Shown: piece by piece, positions 51,297 through 64,000 of the stretch
Numbering within the stretch: the first letter of the stretch is position 1
Layout: each line of letters starts with the position of its first letter
Source of the DNA: Eledone cirrhosa
Taxonomy: Eukaryota
DNA: 64,000 nt
NCBI GenBank assembly: GCA_964016885.1
Contig: OZ024743.1
Location: 275,590,001-275,654,000 of the forward strand
Reading direction: 5' to 3'
Notes under the pieces: generated by a model
What the model was told of the DNA's origin: nothing
The model's database searches: none
The model's input: the letters and a program-made list of their open reading frames with translations, nothing else
Program-made: the position numbers and the translations under genes

Positions 51297-51460
51297 AGAC
51301 TATCTGAAATCAAAAGTCTACAGACTGAACTCATTAAGATCCGAGCTATGATCGAACCAATTGTTGGTAAACGGCCGCAGATCTTTGTCAAGGCATGGAT
51401 TAATGAAAATAAACCCCTCACCTCAAATATTAACAAATGGACAATCTACACACTCTACAG
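51297..51460 (+). CDS. CCDC154: Host gene penultimate exon (RLSEIKSLQTEL...KRPQIFVKAW...INKWTIYTLYR)
   Basis: ttattacag acceptor, ag|gtatct donor; RPxIFVK and W-x-I/V-Y-x3-RWxxWK pattern resembles the CCDC154 C-terminus (from memory, needs BLASTP). Confidence 0.85.
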
Positions 51461-52706
51461 GTATCTCAGAAATTCTTCTTTTCTTTGGTTCTTGACATTT
51501 GTTCTTGTCCATGTCATTGTTGTTGTTGGTGATATTGTTGTTGGTGGTATTGTTATTGTCGATGGTCATGTTGTTGTTGTTGTTGTTGTCGTTTAGCAGT
51601 ATCTCAGCCCTGACTGAACAGATATATGATGAAAAGCATACTAGTTATGACTACGCCATTTTTTATACATAGTGTAACTGGGCTTACAGTATCTAATATG
51701 TCTTTTGCTTTTCTTTTTCTTAAGTGATAAGGCAATTATTTGAGGGAAATTTGGCTGCTTTTTCTAGCAGGAGGAGTGACAGCACAGCGCCCTTCTGTTG
51801 ATTCGTACTTTTACTGATGTTGTTGTCGTGTAACCTCGTAGTCCAGATTCATTTTTGACTACACACATACATTAATAATTAACTGTATTACAGGTAGTAC
51901 TGTATTGTACAGTACTGTAATGTATTGTTATTCCTATGTATGCATGAATAGACCTCTAAATCCCTGATGGAGTCGTAGGAGTGCCTTCGGATCTTAAACC
52001 TGCTGGAGCCCATTCTTCTAGACATCTGAACACAGCTGATTTCTTCCAGAAAGAGAGAGAGTGAGACAGAAAGAGAGGGTGACTCAGAGAGAGAGAGTAG
52101 AGAGTCAGGGAGAGAGGGTGAGACAGAGAGAGAGAGAGAGAGTAAAGAGTCAGGAAGAGAGGGTGAGACAGAGAGAGAGAGAGTAAAGAATCAGGAAGAG
52201 AGGGTGAGACAGAGAGAGAGAGTAAAGAGTCAGGAAGAGAGGGTGAGACAGAGAGAGAGAGAGTAAAGAGTCAGGAAGAGGTGACTCAGAGAGAGAGAGT
52301 AGAGAGTCAGAGAGAGAGAGAGTAGAGAGTCAGAGAGAGAAGAAGTGAGAAAGAGAGGAGAGAGTCAGAGAGGGAGGGTGAGTCAGAGAGAGAAGGGAAA
52401 GTCAGAGAGAGAGAGCGGGGAGTGTCGAGGAGAGAGGAAGTGAGAAAGATATATTGAGGAAGAATCAATCCCAGTATTGGAATGGTACTTTATTTATCTG
52501 CCTCAAATGAGTAAAAGAAGAAATTGATCTCTAAATGGAACCGAGACAAATACTGCAAAGCATTCTATCTGTCAGTCTAACGATTCTGCTAACTCGCCGC
52601 CTTTGAAATAAAGTTGACCAAATTTTAAATGTATTTTTTTTTTTTTTTTTACGTTATAAATATCACCATATAACTAATTCATTTTTTTTTTCTTTATTTT
52701 TTTCAG

Positions 52707-52773
52707 ATGGATGTCTTGGAAACATGAATGGATGAGACCTGTATATAGAAGGAGATCCCAAATGAAGAAGTAA
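52707..52773 (+). CDS. CCDC154: Host gene last coding exon (WMSWKHEWMRPVYRRRSQMKK*)
   Basis: Poly-T tract plus tttcag acceptor, phase 2, TAA stop. Confidence 0.85.
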
Positions 52774-52788
52774 TGACAAAACTTGTAG

Positions 52789-52794
52789 AATAAA
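52789..52794 (+). terminator. Candidate polyadenylation signal AATAAA
   Basis: AATAAA 15 nt after the stop codon. Confidence 0.45.
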
Positions 52795-53639
52795 AGGACA
52801 CTTTAAAAATATATAAAATTGTGCTCGAATTTTGTTGCTTCTCTATGAATGTTAACACTGGTTTAACACCTGAACAGATTAGCTTCTTCTCTCGTAAAAG
52901 GAGAAAGGGTAGTGATGTATCCCTTTTTCAGTGCTTACGAAACTAATAAAAGGAAGAAGCGGAGAAGTAATTTTCTGATTCGAGACCTGACCTGAATGTT
53001 TGCAACAGACTCTGCTAAAGACATCCAAGGTGATGGTATTTAACCCTTTCGATATCAAACCGCCTGAAGTCGCCTTTGGTTTTACGATACAAACCTGTTT
53101 ATTTTTAAAGTTATTATATTCATGTAAGAACCATTGTTAAGTTATGCTGCAAATATCAGCTTAAGAGAGTTAGTTACTAAATCTATCCAAGTTCTTGCAA
53201 GTTTTCAAATGTTTTTGAAATTCATTGACAATATTTTTCATGAGAAATATTGTAGCAAACAGGTTAAGACAGACAATAGATTAAGTCTGATTAAGTCTAA
53301 CACTAGAAAGCAGGAGCAGCCTCTTTGGCAGGCTTTCACACAACTACCGTCTATGAAGTTCCTGCACAGGGCTTCTGTTGACCCGAGGCTATGATAGAAG
53401 ACTTTAGACCAAGATGTCACACAGCGGAATCAAACCCAAAACCAAGTAATTGCGAATCAAACTTCGTAACCACAGCCGTACCATCGAAAATGTTCAATAT
53501 AAAATGACATTAGCTATTATAAGACCCAGTGACGAAACGTGAATTACAATAAACATAGACTTACCTTCCTCTTCATAATTTTTTTTTCTTTAGATCACAA
53601 TATATTTATTTGTTTATGAAATGTATCATGTAAATACAG

Positions 53640-54115
53640 TTTAAAAGAAAAAGAAAATTTAGTTTGAGAAGAAAGAATAGAATGTAAATAGGAAAATAAA
53701 GAAAAAAGAAAAAACACAGAAAAGGGAGGGAGGGAATGGCAAGGACTCTAGTGTCACAGAAGAATAGGGAGGGGGAAGGGAAGGCGGTTGGGCTCTGGGC
53801 CTAGGGCGCAGCAGTAACGTGGCTGCGCCCCGCGGACGAGACCGCAAAGGCATTCCCGTGGACAATGGCCAGCGACACCCGCTGCAACCACCCCACTCCA
53901 CGGGGTTCCTTCCTCAGATGGGTCACCGACGTTCCGATCTTGCGGAGGAGCTCGGCAGTCCGAGGCCTAAGTACGCCTGAGGTCTCGACGGTGACTGGTG
54001 CGAAGAGGCAGCGGCCGGACAATCCCTGGTATTTGTTTATCTTCCTTTCCTCTGCAAGGCGGGCCGCAGTACCGGGGTTTGTGGCTGAAACGACTAAGCT
54101 GGAGACGTGGGTACT
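53640..54115 (-). pseudogene. CRE-like (RLE) non-LTR 3' fragment
   Basis: FAPVTVETSGV...LQRVSLAIVHGNA is the typical CRE-type RLE C-terminus. Confidence 0.65.
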
Positions 54116-54829
54116 ATTATACTTACTTTAGTGGTGAATTGTCAAAGCTGTTAAATAGTCAGATTAAAATGTTGTGCTATAATTGTTTGGCGCTCTCTAC
54201 ATTCTGAGTTTAAATCCTGCTGAGGTCAACTTTGTCTTTCGTACTTTTAGGGTCGATAAATAAAGTACCAATCCAGGGCATTGGATTAATTAAATTGTTG
54301 CACCATCGGATGTGATGCCTTGTGGTATCTCTTTCCAACCTTACGTTCTGAGTTTACTTGCAATATCACTAGAACCAAGCTGTATCAGCCTTTTCCTTGG
54401 TCTCAAACAGTGGTGTGGAGAAGGGAGAGGTGGCATGTAAGAGCAACTGCTTGTCTCCCATAGAAAACCTTTCCCAGGCATGCACCTAGGATAGGAATTT
54501 TCCAGATGCAATCTAAGGGTCAACTATGACCAAATGGGCCTTTAAGTACTTATTATAATTAGTACTATATAGGGCGGTGGGTTGACAGAGTTGTTAGACT
54601 GTTGGACAGTATGTGTTCCGGTTCTTTGCGTTCTGAGTTCAAATTATGCCGAGGTCAACTTTGCCTCTCGTCCTTCCGGGGGCAATGAAATGAAGTACCA
54701 GTCAAGTAATGGGGACGATATAACCGACTTTCTCCTTTCCCTTCACAAAAAATTTGATAACCTTGTGTCTAAATTAGAAACCATTATAATTAGTACTATA
54801 GTGCTTAATAGTTGTTTCTAATTTAAATA

Positions 54830-56706
54830 AATAAAAATAATAATAATAATAATAATGAAATTATTGTGTAAAGTGCTCAGGTGCACTACAACTCGTCAAA
54901 GGTGTATGTATAGTACATAGAATAATACACAAATGTCAGGGAAGTGAATAGTGTATGAGTCATGGTATACATGTGTGTATGTGTATGGAGGGGGAACATT
55001 AGCTGTAGTGTTGGCGGATCTCGGGAAGCATGGAGGCCTTAAAGAATGCAGTGTCTCGACAGCTAACAACTGATGCAGGTAGTTTGTTCCATGCTTCAGC
55101 AACTCTGAGCGTGAAAAAATGTTTCCGAAAGTCATGGGAACTGTGCTGTTTTCTGACTTTGTGGACATGTCCATGTGTGTTAGACATGGAAATCAAAAAG
55201 GTACTCAGGGTTGTTGTTGGCAAGATGGTTAACAATTTTGTGGGTATTTACCAAGTCAGTTGCCAGGCGTCGGAGCTTCAATGTATCCATGCCCAGGGAA
55301 GCAAGGTGCTCAGAGTATGGTAGATGCCTAATGGAGGGTATTCGCTTGGTTGCACGTCTCTGAACAGTTTCCAGGCGGTCAATGTTCTGAGCAAGATAGG
55401 GGTTCCAGACTGGTGATGCAAATTCTAAGTGTGGCCGCACCATAGCCATGTACAGCCTTAAATAGATATCTGGAGAGCGGCTGACAAAGGTCTTGTTGAG
55501 TGATGCTAAGACACCCTCGGCCCTTTTGACAATTTTAGAGACGTGCTTTGTCCAACGCAAATCGCTGCTGACCGAAATGCCCAGATCACGTTCACAAGAA
55601 GACTTCTTGATATTAGTGCTGTGGAGGGAGTATGTGGACGCTGGGTTTTTACTCCCAAAATGCATGGTGGTGCACTTGTCCACAGCTAGCTTGAGTTGCC
55701 AGTCTGAGATCCATTGTTGCATTGTGTCCAGGTCAGACTGCAAGCAAGATCTATAGTGTTCAGGATCTATCCTTTTTATCTCAAGATAGAGCTTGATGTC
55801 ATCTGCGTACTTTAGTACCATGGCATTCTTTAAGTTGGCATCTATGTCATTAATATATGCCACAAACAAAAGGGGGCCAAGAACAGATCCCTGTGGTACA
55901 CCAGATAACATCTCATATGGTGAGGAATGCTGTCCCAGAACCGTGATTACCTCTCTTCGACTGAGAATGAAGGACTTCAACCAGTTAAAAAGATCATCCT
56001 TCACACCCATTGCAGAGAGTTTTGCCATAAGCCTTTTGTGTGGCACAGAATTGAAAGCTTTCGCAAAGTCAAGGTAAACAACATCCACCCATGAGCTGCC
56101 ATCAGTGATCCGGGTGATGTCCTCAAGAAACTCTATAAGTTGATCACAGCAGCTGGAGTTGGGGATAAATCCAAATTGTGAGGGCCGGATAAGACTGTGA
56201 GAGCTCCAGAAGTTCCAAAGTGTTTCTCTGACACAGGATTCCATCAGTTTGGCGATGCAACTAGTAAGACTGACTGGACGATAGTTCACAGGTGATGTGC
56301 GGTCACCCTTTTTGAACAGAGGAATGACACTGGCAGTTTTCCACTGTTCTGGAGTAGCACTGTTGTTTAGACAGAATTGGAAGAAGCGTGATAACTGGTA
56401 CAGAAGGAAGTACCCACCACGTTTAAGAAGCAGGTACGTAACACCATCAAGACCAGGAGAGGCATGGTTGCGTTTATTTTTTAGGTGACGTCGCAGCATT
56501 CCATGGTTGAAATAGAGTCCAGTGTCATAGGTGGTGGAGATGGTAGACTCTGGTCTTCAATAGTGAAAATGCCTGCATAGCATTCAGCAATGAGCTCTGC
56601 GCATTCCTTGGGGTCGTCAGTAACCTGGCTTGTGTGGGGATTGCGAAGAGGATCAACTGGAGAGTGAAGCCTCTGCTTTGAGTGAACATACTTCCAGAAC
56701 ACCTTA
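54830..56706 (-). mobile_element. 5'-truncated CR1-group LINE with (ATT)n tail
   Basis: ORF 55180..56499 with SPGLDG, NYRPVSLTS, YLDFAKAF, GVPQGSVLGP, YADD; C-terminal FFTLRVAEAWNKLP. Confidence 0.9.
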
Positions 56707-57118
56707 CTAAGCAAAAGGCCAGCAATTTGAAGGGGTGGGGAAAGTTGATTAAATCTACCCCAGTGCATGACTGGTACTTTATTTTATCGACCCCGAAAGG
56801 ATGAAAGGCAAAACTAACCTCGGCGGTATTTGAATTCGGAATGTAAAAGGCCGTAACTCTATGCCACTAAGCATGGTGTTTGATGCTCTACCGATGCTGC
56901 CAATCCACCGCCTTTATAGTGCTTGATAATAATTAGCATTATCGTAATTAATTATAGTAAATAGTTTTTAATTATATTATTACTCGCCATCTTACAATCT
57001 TTTCCCCTACATCTCACCCACCCCTCTGCTCAACACCCCACCCGCCATTTCTCCCATTCACTTTACTCACTATTCCCAACTTCTATGCATTATTCTAATT
57101 CCTATGTATGTAAGTATG

Positions 57119-57500
57119 TATTCTCGGGTCCCAAATAATAGGAGGGTGGAATTAGCAGGGGGGGGGGGGGGGGGTTATTTTTCTAGGTTTGTTTCCGTTG
57201 ATTTTTTTTTTAAACCAGAATTAGTCGTTTAGTTTACATATTGAGACTCTCCCTCAACCTATCCTATTTATTTTATAACGTATGGGATTTCTAGTAATGT
57301 TCTTTTTTGTCATGTATAAAGTAAATTTTTTTGTATAAAGTAAATTAAGTGTCGCAGGAATGTTACCACTTAAAATAAAATTTCGCCGGAGACAGATTAG
57401 CAAAATTTAATAAGCGGGGAGAGGGATAAGAGCGATGGCTGGAAAAATCTGGAAAATTAATAAGCGCGAGGAGGATGATTATTCGAGACCCGAAAGTGTG
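57119..57500. mobile_element. MITE (related copy at 14855-15375, interrupted by a SINE)
   Basis: TIRs ttctcgggtcccaaataat / attattcgagacccgaaag; shared internal gacagattagcaaatttaataagcgg. Confidence 0.65.
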
Positions 57501-60061
57501 TTTATGTGTACACTGGTAAAAAAAAAGTCATCATATATATGTTGTATCTCGTAACTTAGCGTTTTAACAAATAAAGATCCATAAAATAACTGTCAGACTG
57601 AAATAATGGGTCGATATGGTCGACTAAACCCTTAATTGCGGTGCCCTAGCATGGCCGCAGATGTAAACCACTGTACGGTTTCGATAGACCGCTTAGTAAG
57701 GGAAGGGAAGTAACTAAGTAGTTTTACTTTTTAAGAGTTATTTTCCTTGAAACACTACTTTTATTAAAAATTCGCTAACATGTCTTTGAGGGCAGCGAAC
57801 TGGCAGTCATTAGAATGCTTTGGAATATTCGTTCCGGCTCTCTGTTCTCAGAGTTCAAATCCCGCTGAGGTCAATTTTGCCTTTCATATTTTTTGAAGTC
57901 GGTAAAAAAATGCACCTCTCTAATACTGAGTCGATTCTTCCTCTATTTCCCTTTCTCACTTTTTCTCTGCTCAAACCTACAGTAGAGAAGAGATGGGCTC
58001 CTCTAGGCTTTAAAAAAAGCCTCCACCAGGAGTTACAGGGAAAGGAAAAGAAAGGAAGCATATCTTTGGCGAAAACTTTTGCTCGAAACTTCAGAACTTA
58101 AGAATTTTAGTAAGAGAAACTGTGCGAAGAAATTAACTCTCTTCGCAACTCTGGGACATCTCTTATTTGATGAATTTCTATCGCAGTTTTTACTCAAACG
58201 GTGGAAGTACACAAAAGTTATATAGTGAATTAAAAAAAAACTTTCACTGAGATTAACTCATCTATTACTACAAAAACACCTTCTGTGAATGTTCAAAATC
58301 TAAAAACAGCAAGCAAGGGAAGTTAGCTAAACATTTTTTTTAAAATAAAGACAACACGGTTAGGAGGGAATTTTATCTTTGTATTACATTTACCAGACCT
58401 TTGGCGTGTGCGTATTTCACATGCAAAATATTCTCTCAAACAATTTTTCAAATCCATATTGTTTTTGTTTATTTGTGTTGGTATTGAGAGTGGGGGTGGG
58501 AGATGACGTTCATTGGGAGAAAAGTGGGAAGGAAAAGAGTTCCGAGGGTGTGAAGGGGCGTGGTGGAAAGACATTAAAAGGGGGGAAATTTAAGGGGAAG
58601 GAAAAAAAATTAAAATGAGGGTAAAAAAAATTTAAATGAAGCAAGTGGTGAAAGGGTGTGAGGCGTGTAGGGGTGGTGGTGGGTGGAGGGGAGAGGGGAG
58701 AAGGAGACAGGGGATCCGAGCGGAAGGGCGGAAGGTGATATGTGTGTAGGTGTGTGTGTGTGGATGTGAGTGATATATATATGAAATCGGCTAAAATATC
58801 CCTAGGGACGGAAGTAATAGTTAGGTATGACATATATATATAGAAAGGGGACATACTCTCATTGATATCTCAACTGTTAGTAATAGTTGGGTGTGACACA
58901 TATAAAGAAAAGCATCATAGAAAGTGGCAAGTATTTAATCTTATGTTCTTTATCCGGAACACTGAAAATAGGAAGGACTGGAGAGCCATGATCACCGATG
59001 TCTGGAATATACTTCTCAAGAGGACTGATTTTTAATCAGATATATGGAATATAAGAAGATTCGTTTTATTTGCTGAATTTCGAGATAAATTGAGCTCCAT
59101 ATATTGGTGCCACGATAAAAAATATCTGGTATACAACTTGAAGACATCTAGCCATATAAACCATGCCAGAATGGAACATGAAGTCAAACACAATCATTTG
59201 ACCTGTATAGCCTCAGAACGGGTGGTGTGACATCCGGTCTGTCTTCATATATATATAATGATATATAGTATAATGGTATTGTAGTCCTCTGGCATACGAC
59301 ACTTACATTCGATTCCCAATGACGGTTCTGTCCACGTTTTCCTGGTCTCTAAGGGTATTTATTCGCAAATGATTTGATGTTGTCATAACAGTTGCTCAAA
59401 CATAGCGTGATACATATATAAAAGCATATACGATATGTTTAGATATAATAGACATATATGTCTCGCTATGAATGTTTTAAGCTGCGATCGTGTCACAGCT
59501 ACCTCAGTAGATTCCATGGTTTAGGTTTGGGTAATGTAGGATCTGGTTATAGAGTTTATGGATTTTTTTGATGAATGTCTATATGTCAAATCGAGTTTGC
59601 CGGGTGTATGTCGAGGAATATTCCGGATGGCTGCACTGGGTATATGAGTGTATGGCCATTTACGCAATGGGGTCATGGTCACTGCAGATTATTTTATAGA
59701 AACTACGTAATTCGACAGCAGCAGCTTGATGACGCCCGTCATCCCCATACCAGTAATTGTTGCAGACTCAGTGGGTTTGGCCAGTAGGGTTGGGACCTGA
59801 TTTAGATGGTCAAATATGATTTTTACTTTTCCTTGCTCGTTGAGGGACTGGTGAGTGAGGTGGCATGTGGGTTCATAGGCTATTTGCTTGAATTCGTGGA
59901 TATCTATCTTTGGTTTGTTCTAGATGTATTTACGTTGAAGTTTAGGCAATTGAGGGTTTTAATTACACAATTATACGCACATATATATATATATATGTGT
60001 GCGTGTGTGTGTGTGTATTTGCGTCGGGGCGTCGACCTCGCAAATCTGCATTCCTTATATA

Positions 60062-63000
60062 TATCATCATCATCATCCTCGTTTAACGTCCATTTCCCAC
60101 GCTAGCATGGGTCTGGACGGGAATTGTGCCACTTGAGGCAAGATTGGTTGTCTTGCTCAGGACTGACCTGGCGGGTTTTCTACGGCTGGATGCCCTTCCT
60201 AACACCAACCACGTTTACAGTGTGGACTGGGAGGTTTTTACCGTGTTACCTACAATGCCACATTACAGCGTGGACTGTTGTGTTTTTTTGTTGTGACACC
60301 TACACGACCTCATTTATTTAGGACTGGATGTTGTGGTACCAACATAGCTTTACATCAAAAGGGGTGGTGTAGATGGCGGTGGGGGTAGGGTTAGTGGGAC
60401 GGGGGGTGTATTTTGGTTAAGGTGCCTACTGACTGTAGGTTTCGCTTTGTACTTAGGCAAGGAGTCTTCTGTATTACTACGTAGCGCCAAAGATCTCGAT
60501 CCAGTGACATTGTCTTGGAGAGGTGTAACTGTGTGAGGTCGGATTTTATCAAGTCGTCCCAGGTTTTTCTGGGGGTGCCTACTCCGTAGCTATCGTCTAT
60601 TTTGATCGCCCTGCACTTTTTTTATACAGCTGTCATCTTTCATGCGCATCACGTGACCATACCAACGTAGTCTTCTCTCGAGTAAACAGCATCTGATCCC
60701 TCTTATTCCTAATTTCTCACTTAGTTCATTTATTCTTTGCCGTTCGCATATATTACTATTACACATCCAATGGAGCATGCAAGCTTCGTTCCTCTCGAGT
60801 CTGTGTAGATCCTCTGCACCCAAGGCCCATGTCTCACTGCCATGTAACATCGCTGTTCGTATGCAGGCATCATACAGCCTGCCTTTTATTTTTAGAGAGA
60901 AACTTTTAGCGGCCAATAGTGGTATAAGCTCTCTGAACTTTTTCCATCCGGTTCGGACTTTAGCTACAGTACTTTCAGAGCACCCTCCACCACTGCTGGT
61001 TTTGTCACCCAGGTAACGGGTGTCCACTATTTCTATAGAACCATCTGGGCAATGGAATGAACTAGTATTCTGTGGGCACTTGCTGCTATTTATTGCACCA
61101 GAGCACCGGCCACATATAAAATGTATATTTTTAGTTAGCTTACCTGTGATCCCACTACATCTTTTATGCACCCATACTTTGCATTTGGGACATAAAATGG
61201 AGTTTCTGCCTACTCCTTTCCTACACACTGAGCATGGCCATTTCCCAGATGGGACCAGTGCCCTATTCTCCTTCCTACATATTAGGACTTTAGTCTTAGA
61301 CAAGTTAACTTTAAGGCCTTTTGATTCTATGTTTGGAATTTCTTCTCTAGTTCAGCCATTGATTCGGCTATGAGCGTTAGATCATCTGCGTATAGAAGTT
61401 CCCATGGGCAGCCGGTCTTCAACTCCTCTGTTATAGCCTGAAGGGCAATAATAAATAGTAGGGGGCTAAGGACAGAGCCCTGATGAACACCAACTTTTAC
61501 GCTAAATTCTTCACTATATTCGTTGTTAATTCTAACCTTGCTGACTGTTTCTTTATACATGGCTTGTATAGCTCTCACAAGCCATTCATCTACACTTAGT
61601 TTTCTAAGAGCCCACCAGATAATGGAGCGGGGGACTCTGTCAAAGGCTTTCTCCAGGTCTACAAAAGCTAAGTAGAGGGGTTTAATTTTAGCTAGGTACT
61701 TCTCCTGTTGTTGTCGTACAATGAAAAGAGCGTCTGTGGTACCTGACACAAACCCGAACTGCATTTCATCTAGATTAATTCGCTCTCTGATTAGTTGCGC
61801 TATTACTTTTTCTGTGACCTTCATGACCTGGTCAATTAATTGAATGCCTCTATAGTTTCCCCTATCTAGGGTGTCTCCTTTACCCTTGTAGCAGATTATG
61901 ATGATGCTGCTATGCCAGTCCTTTGGTACGACCCCATTCTGTATAACTTGGTTTACTATCCGTGTGACCATAGTGTGTCTCACCGTTCCAGATGCTTTCA
62001 GCATTTCAGCAACTATTTCCGAAGGCCCAGCCGCCTTGCCCGTCTTCATATCTTTGATTGCCTTACTTATTATACTACCTTCAACTTGCACTGCTGGTCC
62101 CTCTATTGGATCGATGTGGAGGAGGTTGTCTTTCTCCCATTTATTCTCCTCATTTAGTAGCCTTTCGTAGTGACACTTCCAAGCTACCTTTTTATCAGCA
62201 TCAGTGATGGCCAGTACACCATCATCATTACGGACACACTTCTCCCCGACAATATCATGGTTCTCCTTGACACATTGTCTAACAATCATGAACATCTCAC
62301 GTTTTTGGTCCTCTCGTTGTAGAACATGCTTGAACTTTCTTTCCTCTGCTTCCCTTCTTGCGAAGTACACTTGTCTCCTAGCTTCCCTCCTGGCCACTTG
62401 ATAGTCTTCTCTACTTCCCCCATCCTTTCCAAGCCTGCTTTTTGGCCTTGATCGACTCCGCCACCTTACTGTTCCACCACCAAGTTACTCTCCTCCTGCC
62501 TATAGGTCTGCTCCAGCCACAGATTTCATGTCGCCTTCAGCAGGTTAGCTTTCAGGAATTCCCACTGTTCCTCTATATTGTACGACTCTAATTGCTCTTC
62601 CTTACTGTCAAAAGCATCAAGTAATATGCTTTTAAATTTATTACTGGCTGTAGGGTCCTTTAACTTCCATATTTTTCTCCTAAGGATAGTCCTCCTCTGT
62701 TGTCGAATACGTCTCGTCCTGACTATGAGGTCGCTAACTATGAGGCTATGTTGGGAGGTGCATTCTTCATGAGGAAGGGATTTGGTGTTTACAACAGACA
62801 CTCTGTCTCGTCTTCTGGTAAGGATATAATCTATCTGACTGGCGTGTTTACCCTGATCTATAGGTGATCAAGTGATTGTCTCGTTTTTTGAAGTTTGTGT
62901 TACAGATAGTTAGATTATTTGCGTCACAGAATTCCAAGATTCTGGAGCCTTCTTCATTTCTAGTACCAAACCCATACGCTCCATGGATTCCGTCATAGCC

Positions 63001-63240
63001 GTCAGTGTTGTCCAACGTGACCATTGAGGTCGCCAGCAATAATTATATAGTCAGTCGGTTATTTGGGAGAACTTATGATTGGTCCAAATAATAATAATGG
63101 TGGTGAGTGGGGACGGGGGTATGGGGTAGTTAGCGAGGTTATAAAATAAAATCCACGAAATTTTGGCCATAATCAAACGAGCATATAACTGTAATAAGGG
63201 AAGATTTGTGGGATTTTAAAATACAAGATTATTTGAATGA
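60062..63240 (-). mobile_element. Near full-length decayed RTE, same family as 21039-24278
   Basis: ORFs 60590..61303, 61327..62397, 62526..62801 and 62848..63039 match the intact copy; complete 3' UTR and (GAT)n tail; internal deletion of the ORF start. Confidence 0.95.
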
Positions 63241-63730
63241 TCAGACAGAATTATCGAATAACATTGAAAAGAAAAAAAGAAAAGGTTGTATTCTGGACAA
63301 TATATATATATATATATATATATATACCCTGTTTAGATGGTGAAGTGGAACAAATCGGAGTGTTGTTTTGATACCTGGAACAATGCTACTACTGTTGCTT
63401 ACATTAACGCATTAGAAAAAAAACATGGCAAAGACTTATTCATTAACACGGATGCAGCAATGCTGTATCTTTACAGAGTTTACATCATAATCACGGAATT
63501 TTGGTTTCAGTCACACGCAACCTCAGGACAATTGAAAACTTTTGTTACATCCATACCCTAACATCAAAGGGCGGTGTTATTTTTATTTCTAGGTAAGACC
63601 TTTTCTAGAAAAAACCCTCAACAATATGTGTTCCAGTCAGGCTTATCTCGTTCTTTAGTTGTGTGGGGAGGGTCATAGTAAGACATTATCTAATATGTCT
63701 TTCTCTTTTTTAAAACATTAATCTGGTTAG

Positions 63731-63941
63731 CCCTTTAGCATTTAAACCGGCCAGAATTCTCTCATCTCTTTCTGTTCAAACCAGCCATAACCAGCTGCTC
63801 ATACTTATGTTAAAGTATTGTTCTCAAAATAAATAATATCAAAATCTCATAGACTCGATATTATGTGATATAATTATGTGAGGTAAAGTGTTTACCATGA
63901 AAATACATTAGTAAATACAGAGTAATGTAAATGCTAAAGGA
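63731..63941. mobile_element. piggyBac-like MITE
   Basis: TIRs CCCTTTAGCATTT / AAATGCTAAAGGA, flanked by TTAG and TTAA. Confidence 0.65.
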
Positions 63942-64000
63942 TTAAAGGGGAAATTTAGCTGTTCTAACTCGAGCAACCACCTAAAAGCTTCTTCGAGGGC

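Noticed and set aside
63060-63085. RTE deletion as a spliced-out intron
   Set aside because: The deleted segment does not end in AG

Overview
AT-rich, repeat-dense eukaryotic DNA; the SINE, RTE and microsatellite content points to a coleoid cephalopod, most likely Octopus (inference). One multi-exon host gene runs on the + strand. I reconstructed 14 phase-consistent GT-AG exons between 945 and 52773 that encode the C-terminal part of a coiled-coil protein resembling CCDC154, plus a paralogous alternative last exon at 43631-43714. Introns and downstream DNA are filled with mobile elements: an intact 1079-aa RTE LINE with a PHD-type finger inside its RT region, two decayed RTE copies, Penelope (GIY-YIG), R4/Dong, CR1 and CRE fragments, a decayed hAT transposase, MITEs, Helitron-like pieces, many tRNA-derived SINEs and long (TA)n/(TACA)n tracts. 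The most striking non-coding signal is a set of short palindromic (fold-back) elements from several unrelated families. They sit in (TA)n microsatellites and carry type I hammerhead ribozyme motifs with variant cores on both strands, including a 264-bp-arm palindrome and a 1.1-kb nested fold-back with four hammerhead motifs located between the two alternative last exons. All calls are by eye; no searches or folding programs were run.
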